Source of the DNA: an uncultured bacterium
Lineage (GTDB): Bacteria; Patescibacteriota; Minisyncoccia; Phycocordibacterales; PALSA-1337
NCBI GenBank assembly: GCA_963848635.1
Contig: CAWKEA010000005.1
Coordinates: 15,275-79,274 of the forward strand
Reading direction: 5' to 3'
DNA: 64,000 nt
Shown: piece after piece, positions 27,201 through 38,323 of the stretch
Layout of the letters: the number at the start of each line of letters is the position of its first letter
How positions within the stretch are numbered: the stretch's first letter is position 1
The notes under the pieces: generated by a model
What the model saw: only the letters and a program-made list of their open reading frames with translations
What the model was told of the DNA's origin: nothing
The model's database searches: none
Program-made: the position numbers and the translations under genes

Positions 27201-29425
27201 GGACTGATTCATATACGCCCTATGCATATCCGGATTACCTTACTGCTACTTCGACCACAGGAACTGGCCTTGTCGATATAGGAGCAGGGGCAAGAATGTT
27301 CGGCAATGGCATGTTTTATGGCCTCGCGACGTCGTCTGCATCAGGCGTATTTGCGAATATAGCAGTTTTACCAGCCATCAGCACTCCAGATGTCTGGGTT
27401 GATCTGTCGATATCGGCTTGGAATAAAACCGGTACAAGAGAAAAAACATGGACAGAAAGCTCTTGGAGCATGGGAACTACATCATCAAACCACACAATCG
27501 GGGATCTTGCCAGTAATACTGCGTACAAGATCACAATAGATGGCATGATTGCTTCAACCACCACAGCCGGTCCTGATTGCATTTCAGGCATCTGTACCTC
27601 GGATTCCTCTGGAAAGATATATTTCAACTATTCGGGAGGATATTCAACGCATACATTTGACGTATCGCCTTATGTTAACGGATCAATCACACTGTCCACA
27701 CTCCTTACCCCCGCTTTCTCTAGTATCACCGTTACAAGCGTCACAGCCTCAAGCACTATCACTGCAGGTGGCGGAGCTTCATCGACTGTAGAAGGTTTTA
27801 ACTACGGGACTACAAGCGCATATGGCCTAACTGCTTCCACAACAGGCACTTTCGGCATCGGTAATTTCACTCAAAATATAACAGGATTAGCGTGTAATAC
27901 TCCATATCATGTCCAGGCATTTTCCATTAATTCTGCGGGGGTTGGCATCTCATCTGATGCGACGTTCACTACGAGCGCGTGTGCAGTCACTTATACTCTT
28001 TCGTACACAGCAGGCAGTAATGGAACGCTCTCAGGCTCATCGACTCAGGTCGTACCGGGAAACGCAAACGGTACAGCTGTTACTGCACTACCGAACTCAG
28101 GATACTACTTTGTTAATTGGTCAGATGGTTCAACAACAAATCCTCGCAGTGATAGCAACGTCATTGCCAATGTGGCAGTCACGGCCAATTTTTCCTTGAT
28201 AGCGACCGTTCCGGTTCTTTCAACCCTCGCCGCGAGCGGCGTTTCCGCATCGAACGCCACTCTGAACGCGCATATTCTATCGACAGGCGGAGCTAACGCA
28301 ACGCAGTCTGGATTCGCATATGGCACAGTATCAGATCTTTCAACAGTAATCGCTACGACAACCCTAGGAGCTCAAATAGGTCCCGCAACCTTCAACCAAA
28401 CCTTTACCGACCTCACTCCTAACCTCACCTATTATTTCCGCGCATACGCAGTGAACTCTGCGGGAACGACGATGGGCTCAATCCTTTCCTTTATCACAAA
28501 CAACAATTCAGTATATGCCGACGTGGGAGGCACTGTCACCGGCCTTGCAGGCACTCTCGTGCTCCAAGACAACTCTACTGACAATCTTTCGCTTACTTCG
28601 AATGGATCGTTTAGCTTTGCCACTCCTCTTGTCAATAATTCCTCGTATAGCGCCACTGTTCTCACTCAACCATCTGGACAAACATGCTCCGTATCAAACG
28701 GATCCGGAACAGTCTCGGGGATCGCTGTGACAGGGATCACTGTTGTCTGTGCAGATAATCAGGTTACTAATCCAATTGTATATTCAAATGGCGGTGGCGG
28801 TGGGGGTGGCGGTGGCGGCGGAAGCGTCTCTCCAACAGTCCTTTTGCCGATTCTTGCTACAAGTTCCACCGCAAAGACATATATCGATTCGTTTATCACT
28901 CCGACTTATGCCGGTGCAATAGGGAATAATGTCCGATCCCTCCAGAAATTCCTTATCGCACAGGGATTGCTTGATCCTTTTGACGTAACAGGATTCTTCG
29001 GGCCATTGACCAAGGCCGCCGTTATCAAGTTCCAGATTAAAAATAGAATTATCGCTTCCGCTTTAAGTCCCGGCGCTGGGGCAGTGGGACCGAGGACTAT
29101 TGCGGCGATCAATTCGCTCATTTCGAGCACTGCTCTTGTTGCAACGACGACACCGCCTCAAGCCAGCGTTTCTTCCATAAGATTAATATTCAACGCAAAT
29201 CTGTCCTTGGGTTCAATCGGAGCAGAAGTTAAAGCACTCCAGGAATACCTCAATGCTAAAGGCTACAATGTCGCTTATACAGGGGTTGGTTCGCCAGGAA
29301 AGGAAACTACCGAGTTTGGATATGCGACACGAGCAGCGCTCATCAGATTCCAGAATGCGCACGGAATTTCTGCCTCAGGAGATTTTGGACCGATAACAAG
29401 AGCGTATATAAAAAATTTCGGATAA
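24272..29425 (+). CDS. giant cell-surface protein (1717 aa): N-terminal TM/signal, right-handed beta-helix-like region, Fn3/Ig-like repeats, poly-Gly linker, two C-terminal peptidoglycan-binding repeats
   Basis: N-terminal hydrophobic segment; NxxN/NN-rich beta-helix-like repeats (NNTFYNVGTAIALSNC, IINNIFAS); several 90-100 aa T/S-rich Ig-like modules; an 11-residue Gly run at about 28790-28825; two PG_binding_1-like repeats at the C-terminus (..LQKFLIAQGLL....GFFGPLTKAAVIKFQ and ..LQEYLNAKGY....FGYATRAALIRFQ). Confidence 0.8.
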   Translation: MKTIDPILGFDRINLIGTKKARWSTIALFTFMFLVGGFLFDINGAQAATSIYYSVGSSNTTDYKTGSPTISIDGSGNATFSVAQTNNSMGVGDVINYNGQQAYVTAKTSTSIWTVETAIGALPPATSPVPVTSITHVFSTLKSALGDGIAGNVTSSNFLNTSDLVANNYVLNVSLYNDTGTPETGDGNMTIGGFTTSAINHIYIYTPTSTTTQVNASQRHKGVFNTAIGYALQVPVNAYILTITNPYVTIDGVQINNTNGRGSLSLNNNTTLSNDIILGSGDYTLIYARVNDVVMYNNVIQGPNTIAIDAETAGQTDWIYNNTFYNVGTAIALSNCSFGTQIKLINNIFASTTAPMSGAGTCAAAGSDYNSTDASSLDYSVTGGGNVHDRVNQTFNFYDLANSDFDLTISDTGALDLGTSSPSNDPVVPFSTDILGTNRPQGPAWDIGAFEYLPSTYATTPPGLSGGSPGGQIAYGTASLTVSVNTNENATCKYDVVAGTAYASMPYTFTSTGGTTHSSAISGLQNGHVYNYYVRCQDASGNTNINDYVISFEVNQGVDGIVYATSCSKEDTNYAMSFVNAGDTLKIPAGVCGGYSSSFGLGIYKAITVQGAGEGQTIIEIASTTSGTYFNGAIIPIYAAATVRDLTIETDTSGNSGTAFTVNASGFRITNVQYIDQTPADTGYFVGVRSGVYGLIDHDSVTGGAGNDELIVVYGPTDSWQTPNTMGKSEALYIEDSTFNNSGYVTDCNSNSRCVVRHNVITGPIKVDGHGKASDTPPRGVRQYETYDNTWTSSATAWAAIEMRGGTGIIFGNKVTNQSPGANAGWFFLTDYAYGAAWPNFGSVYQCLNNYPVDDQIGVGEDAKVAASEPYYIWGNTFGGSAWTRSFKAIPPTSVSGCSVTFTESQVIQSNRDFYADAGFDTNTGLTSGPFSSIPSTCTIGFGYWATDRGGDWDASIGTSSASNDGSLYKCTSTNTWTDSYTPYAYPDYLTATSTTGTGLVDIGAGARMFGNGMFYGLATSSASGVFANIAVLPAISTPDVWVDLSISAWNKTGTREKTWTESSWSMGTTSSNHTIGDLASNTAYKITIDGMIASTTTAGPDCISGICTSDSSGKIYFNYSGGYSTHTFDVSPYVNGSITLSTLLTPAFSSITVTSVTASSTITAGGGASSTVEGFNYGTTSAYGLTASTTGTFGIGNFTQNITGLACNTPYHVQAFSINSAGVGISSDATFTTSACAVTYTLSYTAGSNGTLSGSSTQVVPGNANGTAVTALPNSGYYFVNWSDGSTTNPRSDSNVIANVAVTANFSLIATVPVLSTLAASGVSASNATLNAHILSTGGANATQSGFAYGTVSDLSTVIATTTLGAQIGPATFNQTFTDLTPNLTYYFRAYAVNSAGTTMGSILSFITNNNSVYADVGGTVTGLAGTLVLQDNSTDNLSLTSNGSFSFATPLVNNSSYSATVLTQPSGQTCSVSNGSGTVSGIAVTGITVVCADNQVTNPIVYSNGGGGGGGGGGGSVSPTVLLPILATSSTAKTYIDSFITPTYAGAIGNNVRSLQKFLIAQGLLDPFDVTGFFGPLTKAAVIKFQIKNRIIASALSPGAGAVGPRTIAAINSLISSTALVATTTPPQASVSSIRLIFNANLSLGSIGAEVKALQEYLNAKGYNVAYTGVGSPGKETTEFGYATRAALIRFQNAHGISASGDFGPITRAYIKNFG

Positions 29426-29608
29426 AAAATATTAGCATCTGTCTCCATATCTAAAGGAGGACCAACAGTCGCTACTACAGATTCGCTCTCGACAGCGAGA
29501 AGCATGAACTTGCGACAATGATGTGAACTGGTCTTTAGAGACCAAAAAGATAGCAAGACATAACCCAAATAAGGGTTTTGATGCTCTTTTTTGGGGTCCA
29601 TTTCAATG

Positions 29609-29692
29609 TGCCCGGGGTGGGAATCGAACCCACAACTCCTTACGGAGATAACATTTTAAGTGTTACGTGTCTACCAGTTTCACCACCCGGGC
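29609..29692 (-). tRNA. tRNA-Leu(TAA)
   Basis: Acceptor GCCCGGG/CCCGGGC, anticodon loop CTTAAAA, long variable arm, T-loop TTCGATT. Confidence 0.8.
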
Positions 29693-30011
29693 GCTTGTTT
29701 TTATTTTTACCACGATGTGTCGGCTTCAAGCTATGACAATGAGGACACAAAATCCTAAGATTTTCGATGCGATTGTCGTGTCTATCTCCATGTACATGGT
29801 CAAGTTCAAGTGGAATTCTACCATCTTGAGACTTTTTTGCCCAACCGCATTCTTCGCACATAGGCAATTTTATCTTTTCAATGAACAAACGCTTCTTGAG
29901 CTTGAAGCTTTGGAAATCGTTGTTTTCTATAAGAATGTTTGATAAGGGGACCTTCGTCATATATCGACCACGCAAACCCTTATTCCAAGCATATCCAGTA
30001 AAATGCGACAT
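29640..30011 (-). CDS. HNH endonuclease
   Basis: HNH motif LELDHVHGDRHDNRIENLRILCPHCH. The last 17 codons and the stop overlap the 5' half of tRNA-Leu(TAA). The start is trimmed to an internal Met so that it does not overlap tRNA-Cys. Confidence 0.55.
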   Translation of the reverse strand: MSHFTGYAWNKGLRGRYMTKVPLSNILIENNDFQSFKLKKRLFIEKIKLPMCEECGWAKKSQDGRIPLELDHVHGDRHDNRIENLRILCPHCHSLKPTHRGKNKNKRPGGETGRHVTLKMLSP

Positions 30012-30035
30012 ATCAGGATTGTATTCAGTATTAAA

Positions 30036-30109
30036 TGGAGGCCACGGCGAGAATCGAACTCGCGATAACGCTTTTGCAGAGCGTCGAATTACCACTTTTC
30101 TACGTGGCC
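30036..30109 (-). tRNA. tRNA-Cys(GCA), CCA encoded
   Basis: Acceptor GGCCACG/CGTGGCC, discriminator U73 (characteristic of tRNA-Cys), anticodon loop CTGCAAA, T-loop TTCGATT, 3' CCA present. Confidence 0.8.
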
Positions 30110-30204
30110 ATATCTATTCTATAAAGCCCTTACTGCCTAAAGTCTACAAGATCGACTCGCTGTATCATAGCATTATACTTTAAAAAATTTAAGGACTTTC
30201 GACC

Positions 30205-30534
30205 TTACTGACTTGAATGGCTTATCTCATCGATCCTCTGACGGTTCTTTTCGCCGATATCGATGGCAAAAGAGAAGCGCGGCGCGCGGCGCATCTTGAC
30301 TTTTTTCATGAAATAGAGGCGCAGGTCGCTGGCCTTGCGCTGTACGAATTCGAGGGCGTCGTCTTCCTTTTCAGTCGGGAGAACCGAGATGAGGATGCGC
30401 GCATTGGCCTCGGTGTCGGACAGCTGGACGCCGGTGACCGTGATGAGCGAATCGTGGTTCGCTTCGCGCACGAGGTATTCCGCCGCTATCTCGCGGATGT
30501 ATTCGGCCAGTCGGTTGTGCTTTTGGATGTTCAT
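30205..30534 (-). CDS. rbfA: ribosome-binding factor A
   Basis: RbfA-like sequence of about 110 aa, in the conserved position immediately downstream of infB. Confidence 0.8.
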   Translation of the reverse strand: MNIQKHNRLAEYIREIAAEYLVREANHDSLITVTGVQLSDTEANARILISVLPTEKEDDALEFVQRKASDLRLYFMKKVKMRRAPRFSFAIDIGEKNRQRIDEISHSSQ

Positions 30535-30561
30535 GTAGATAGATTTAAGATTCAACTATTT

Positions 30562-32208
30562 TTACTTCTTCTCCACTATATGGAACGTCTCGAGACGATC
30601 GCCGACAGCAAGCGAGACTTTGATGTCCGATAAAAGCGCGCCGAATTCGTAGCCCTCGCGCACTTCGTCGGCCTTGATCTTGTTCTGTTGTAGCTCGCGG
30701 ATGCGTCCACGGCCGATCTCGCCGCCGCGGCGCAGGACTTTGACGTCGCCGCCTTTTTTCATCGAACCCGACTCGACTTTGCCGCCGACGATCTGCTTTT
30801 CCTTTCCTGTGCCGAAGATGGCAAGCACTTTCGCTTCGCCCAACTTTTCATCGATATACTCCTTTGGCTTGCGTTCGACGGCGACCGAGCGCACGAAATC
30901 TGTCAATTCATAGATGACCTTGAATATGCGCGCATTCAGGCCTGACCTCTCGATGACGCCAGCGGCTTGGACATCGATCGGAACATTGAAGCCGACGATG
31001 ATAGAATCTCCGTCGCTCATGGCCGTCTTCGCATCTTTCTCATTTATGTCGCCGATGCCTTCATCGATGATCCGTATCTCCACATGATCGAATACGATCT
31101 TTTGGAGCTCATGATGGATACCATCGAGGGAGCCTGACGAATCGGCGCGTACGATGAGCGGGATGACGACAGTTTTGATCTCTTCGATAGGCTGATCAGT
31201 AGAGGCAAGCGCAAGAGAAGCGTTTTTACCAGCGGCATTTTTTTCAACATTCGAGCCTCGAAATGCATTTTCCGTGACCTTCGGCTTTCGGTCATTATTT
31301 CCCTCGATATATCGTTCTGCCTCCTTTTTTGTGCTGAATGAGGTGAAGGAAGATCCAACGATCGGAAGATCGCTCCAACCGACGACGCGCGCCGGACGCC
31401 CTGGACCTATCTCGGCCTCTTGGACGCCTTTGAAATTCTCAAGTATCCGCACTGGCGCAAATGCCGTTTCCGTCGCGATGAAAGAGCCTTTTTTCAGGGA
31501 GCCGTTCTCAATGATGAGCGTGGCGGCTATGCCTTTCTTCTTGTCGAGGTCTGCTTCGATGACCAAGCCGGCAACTGGAGCATTCGGGTCGTATGAGAGG
31601 TCTTCCATATCGGAGAGCAGATATATCATGTCAAGGAGGTCGGGGATGCCCGTTCCATGAGTAGCAGAGATCTCGGCCACGGGCACATCGCCGCCATAGC
31701 CTTCGACGTAGATCTCATTTTCGGCAAGAGTCTGTCTCGTCTTCTCGACATTCGCGCCCGGTTTATCGATCTTGTTTATGGCGACCACATACGGAAGTTT
31801 GGCGTATTTTATGCAGTTGAGTGCTTCGACCGTCTGCGGTTTGACGCCGTCTTCAGCCGAGACGATAAGGATCGCTATATCAGCCGCATTGGCGCCGCGC
31901 TCGCGGATGCCGCAAAAAGCCTCATGCCCAGGCGTATCGATGAACGTGATGCGACGCTCGCCGTCTTTGTGCGACATGACGGCTTCATATGCGCCGATCG
32001 ATTGAGTGATGCCGCCCGCTTCGCCCGCGACGATATTGGTCTTTCTGATATAGTCGAGAAGAGTGGATTTGCCGTGATCGATATGACCCATGACGACGAC
32101 GACCGGCTGACGCCGCGATCTCAAGGCTGTGGCGGCCAAAGGTTTCGCCGTCGTGCCTTTCAATGGCGTCTTTTCTTGAGCATTCTTCTGAGGGGCATTA
32201 TTTTGCAT
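30562..32208 (-). CDS. infB: translation initiation factor IF-2 (short N-terminus)
   Basis: G domain with GHIDHGKSTLLD, DTPGHEAF and NKID, followed by IF-2 domains. Only about 45 aa precede the G domain. Confidence 0.9.
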   Translation of the reverse strand: MQNNAPQKNAQEKTPLKGTTAKPLAATALRSRRQPVVVVMGHIDHGKSTLLDYIRKTNIVAGEAGGITQSIGAYEAVMSHKDGERRITFIDTPGHEAFCGIRERGANAADIAILIVSAEDGVKPQTVEALNCIKYAKLPYVVAINKIDKPGANVEKTRQTLAENEIYVEGYGGDVPVAEISATHGTGIPDLLDMIYLLSDMEDLSYDPNAPVAGLVIEADLDKKKGIAATLIIENGSLKKGSFIATETAFAPVRILENFKGVQEAEIGPGRPARVVGWSDLPIVGSSFTSFSTKKEAERYIEGNNDRKPKVTENAFRGSNVEKNAAGKNASLALASTDQPIEEIKTVVIPLIVRADSSGSLDGIHHELQKIVFDHVEIRIIDEGIGDINEKDAKTAMSDGDSIIVGFNVPIDVQAAGVIERSGLNARIFKVIYELTDFVRSVAVERKPKEYIDEKLGEAKVLAIFGTGKEKQIVGGKVESGSMKKGGDVKVLRRGGEIGRGRIRELQQNKIKADEVREGYEFGALLSDIKVSLAVGDRLETFHIVEKK

Positions 32209-32331
32209 CGTATTTTGAGAGGGAAGTTCGAAATTAGAGTCTAGCAGAAAAAGACTGGTTTGACAAATAAAATATGAAATGGTAATAGGAGGAGCATGGC
32301 GGTTTCTCCTTCTCCTTCTCTTTTTACTTTT

Positions 32332-32808
32332 TTACTTCAGCTTTTCTTTCGCTTTTTCGATCGCCTCTTTTTCTTCTCCTGACAATTCATATTCTGAAGC
32401 ATGGCTCCTGAGCGGCTTGCCAAAGACACTGACGCTGTCGCGCGAATAGAGGCTTGATATGACGACGCCATCGCCTGATTCATTTATAAAAGCCGTGGCA
32501 AAGCTCTGGTTGCCTCCGCCGCCAGCGGCACGGAACGGGTTAAAGCGAACGGTATGGACGGCTTGGACGCTTTTTTTCAGACGATGCTCAACGCTGACCA
32601 GGTATTCTTCGAGGTTGGAGCGGAATCTTTCGAGCGTCTCAGCTCGGCTCGCCAGACTGACTATGGAATCGCCGATCGATGTGGCATTTTTGTCCGCCAA
32701 AAACTTTTTGAGCTTCATGTCAAGATAGACTATATATCCCGTCAGGGCGAGTATGATCACCGAAAGGACGATGAGCGAAATGGTAGTCGTATCGAATGAA
32801 ATGTTCAT
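32332..32808 (-). CDS. hypothetical membrane-anchored protein (DUF4446-like)
   Basis: A single N-terminal TM helix, a coiled-coil region and a Gly run. It resembles a family commonly found downstream of infB in Gram-positive and CPR genomes; this is a tentative call. Confidence 0.35.
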   Translation of the reverse strand: MNISFDTTTISLIVLSVIILALTGYIVYLDMKLKKFLADKNATSIGDSIVSLASRAETLERFRSNLEEYLVSVEHRLKKSVQAVHTVRFNPFRAAGGGGNQSFATAFINESGDGVVISSLYSRDSVSVFGKPLRSHASEYELSGEEKEAIEKAKEKLK

Positions 32809-32979
32809 GTGGTCGATTATAGCATGTCGGAACTTATAAAAATTCAAAGATGTGAATAATGATGCAAGAAAAAACCGCGCAGTTACCCGCGCGGCCTTGA
32901 TTTTTGTGGAAGAGATTACCCGAGTTTTTTAATTTATGTCAAGTATTTTTACGTGGCCGAAAAGAGTATATTTAGGGCC

Positions 32980-34152
32980 ATGAAGGCCATATATCTCGAC
33001 TATGCATCTATAACCCCGCTCGATCCTCTTGTTTTGAGAGAAGTAAACAAGTGGAGCAAGGAGCCCTTGAACCCTTCTTCTATCCATTCGCTCGGCGTCA
33101 AGGCAAAGAGCGCGCTCGATCGCGCGCGGAAAACCACAGCGGAATTTTTGAATGCGCATGATGATGAGATCGTTTTCACATCTGGCGGCACAGAAGCGAA
33201 CGCTCTTGCTCTTCTAGGCACCGCTCGTGCGGCGCATCGAAACGGCTTTGCAAAGCCGCATTTGATAATCTCCGAGATAGAGCATTCTTCTATCATCGAA
33301 ACAACTGACATGCTCGAAAGACATGGCGTCCTAGTTACAAGGCTGTCAGTCGATACGAACGGCCTTATCTCGCTTGAAGAATTGAAGAAAGCCATAAAGC
33401 CCGAAACGTTTCTTGTTTCGATCATGGCCGCTAACAATGAGATCGGAACCATCCAGCCGATCCGTGAGATCGCAAAGGCGATACGGGACTATAGAAAAAA
33501 GGCTTTTGACGCTCCTGGAGCGGACCAGGATAGCACTGCAAAGTATCCGCTTTTTCACACAGACGCATGCCAGGCGATCCTTTATGGAGAGCTCAATGTC
33601 GAAAAGCTTGGCATTGATCTCTTGACTCTCGATGCGAGCAAAGCATGCGGGCCACGCGGCGCTGGAGCGCTGTATATAAAGAGGGGAACGCTGATAGAAC
33701 CTCTCATCTATGGCGGCGGCCAAGAAAGGGGACTGCGCTCCGGCACAGAAAATATCCCAGGCATTATGGGCTTTGCAAAATCTCTCGAGATTGCTAGAAA
33801 AAATATGAAAAAGGAAAGCGAAAGAATAGAAGAGCTCCGACAATCTTTTGAAAGGGAAGTCAAGAAAATCCGACCGGATGCGGCCGTAAACGCCGCCGAT
33901 GCGCCTCGCGTGCCGCATATCTCGAATATCTCGTTTCCCGGCGTCGATGCCGAGATGCTCGTCTTGCGCCTCGACGCGAAAAGCATCGCCGTCTCGACGA
34001 AATCCGCTTGCTTGCGCGATGAGGACGAATCGTATGTCCTGTGCGCTATTGGCGTTGATTCGAAATCATCCATACGTTTTTCTTTCGGCAAATGGACGAA
34101 AAAAGGTGATGTAACAAGGGCATTAAGCATCCTGAAAAAATTCCTTATGTAG
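32980..34152 (+). CDS. cysteine desulfurase / class V aminotransferase (IscS/NifS-like)
   Basis: SGGTEANALAL, HTDACQA, a PLP-lysine context LDASKACGPRGAGALY, and a C-terminal catalytic Cys (SACL). Confidence 0.8.
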   Translation: MKAIYLDYASITPLDPLVLREVNKWSKEPLNPSSIHSLGVKAKSALDRARKTTAEFLNAHDDEIVFTSGGTEANALALLGTARAAHRNGFAKPHLIISEIEHSSIIETTDMLERHGVLVTRLSVDTNGLISLEELKKAIKPETFLVSIMAANNEIGTIQPIREIAKAIRDYRKKAFDAPGADQDSTAKYPLFHTDACQAILYGELNVEKLGIDLLTLDASKACGPRGAGALYIKRGTLIEPLIYGGGQERGLRSGTENIPGIMGFAKSLEIARKNMKKESERIEELRQSFEREVKKIRPDAAVNAADAPRVPHISNISFPGVDAEMLVLRLDAKSIAVSTKSACLRDEDESYVLCAIGVDSKSSIRFSFGKWTKKGDVTRALSILKKFLM

Positions 34153-34272
34153 ATCGGTCCATATACAATGGTCGCATTTACGGGAGAACGTAGCATGAAG
34201 CATGCATCGACGATAAAGTAAAAGCCGCTGGTGTTAGGAGCGGCTGACCGTGCGCATGCTTTGTGACAACTG

Positions 34273-34659
34273 CTAAGCAAAACAAGGAACGCCCGTGTCG
34301 CAAGCGTTTTTCTTTTTCAAGGGCAATGCGGATATCGACAGACGAAATCCCTCGAAAGTCTCGTGTCTTTCAAAAATGCCGCACTCCGCCAGACAGTCGA
34401 ACCATTCCTCGACCTTTCCCTGGAACAGAACGAGAGCCCCCTCACTCGGCTCACCAGGGATGCCGGTATCTTGGTATCTGTCGAGAAGATTGATTTTCTC
34501 GATCAGCCATGCTTTGATCCGATCTTTCAGCTCCAGGGAAACATTCCCTGAACACAATATTTCCGGCATTTCTTCGGTGAACCACTTTGGCAAAGAATCA
34601 TTTCCCACGATATGCCAGAATCCTTCGACGTCTGACGTGGATATGATGATATCGTTCAT
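34273..34659 (-). CDS. hypothetical protein
   Basis: A 128-aa acidic ORF with no recognisable family. Confidence 0.3.
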   Translation of the reverse strand: MNDIIISTSDVEGFWHIVGNDSLPKWFTEEMPEILCSGNVSLELKDRIKAWLIEKINLLDRYQDTGIPGEPSEGALVLFQGKVEEWFDCLAECGIFERHETFEGFRLSISALPLKKKNACDTGVPCFA

Positions 34660-35085
34660 TTTTCTCCTCTATGGTTTATGGTTATGGCCTTTATCTATTC
34701 GATAGGATATTCCTTCCAAGCCTGATGTCAATGTTTAAAAGGGGATAAGCAGAATATGCATGCGTGCCTTACAAAAGGCGTCAAGATAACATCTTGACAT
34801 GGGACGATGCGAGAAAAAAGCGAGGCGCTTACGGCGTCTCGCTTGTTGGGTGCCTGATAACTTTATATCATACAGTTATTGTAATGTCAATATTGCACTC
34901 ATTCAAAAGTATGATAAAATCCAACCAACTTCGCAGATTGAGTTCTGCCTGACAGCGAAGGATTAGAAAAAGACTTCGGTGTCAACTACCCTCCAATAAT
35001 TCAGAGTTCAGCCGTTTTCGTTTGCGAAAGCGTTTTTTACGTTATGCATCGTATTCATTTATTTATTATCTAATTTTAATATCAA

Positions 35086-38313
<3,228 letters not shown>

Positions 38314-38323
38314 CAATAAAAAC

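Noticed and set aside
29640-30095. Full 151-aa extent of the HNH ORF, spanning both flanking tRNAs
   Set aside because: The N-terminal 28 codons would overlap tRNA-Cys. I trimmed to the internal Met at 30011. The C-terminal overlap with tRNA-Leu is real in the sequence and is reported as a finding.
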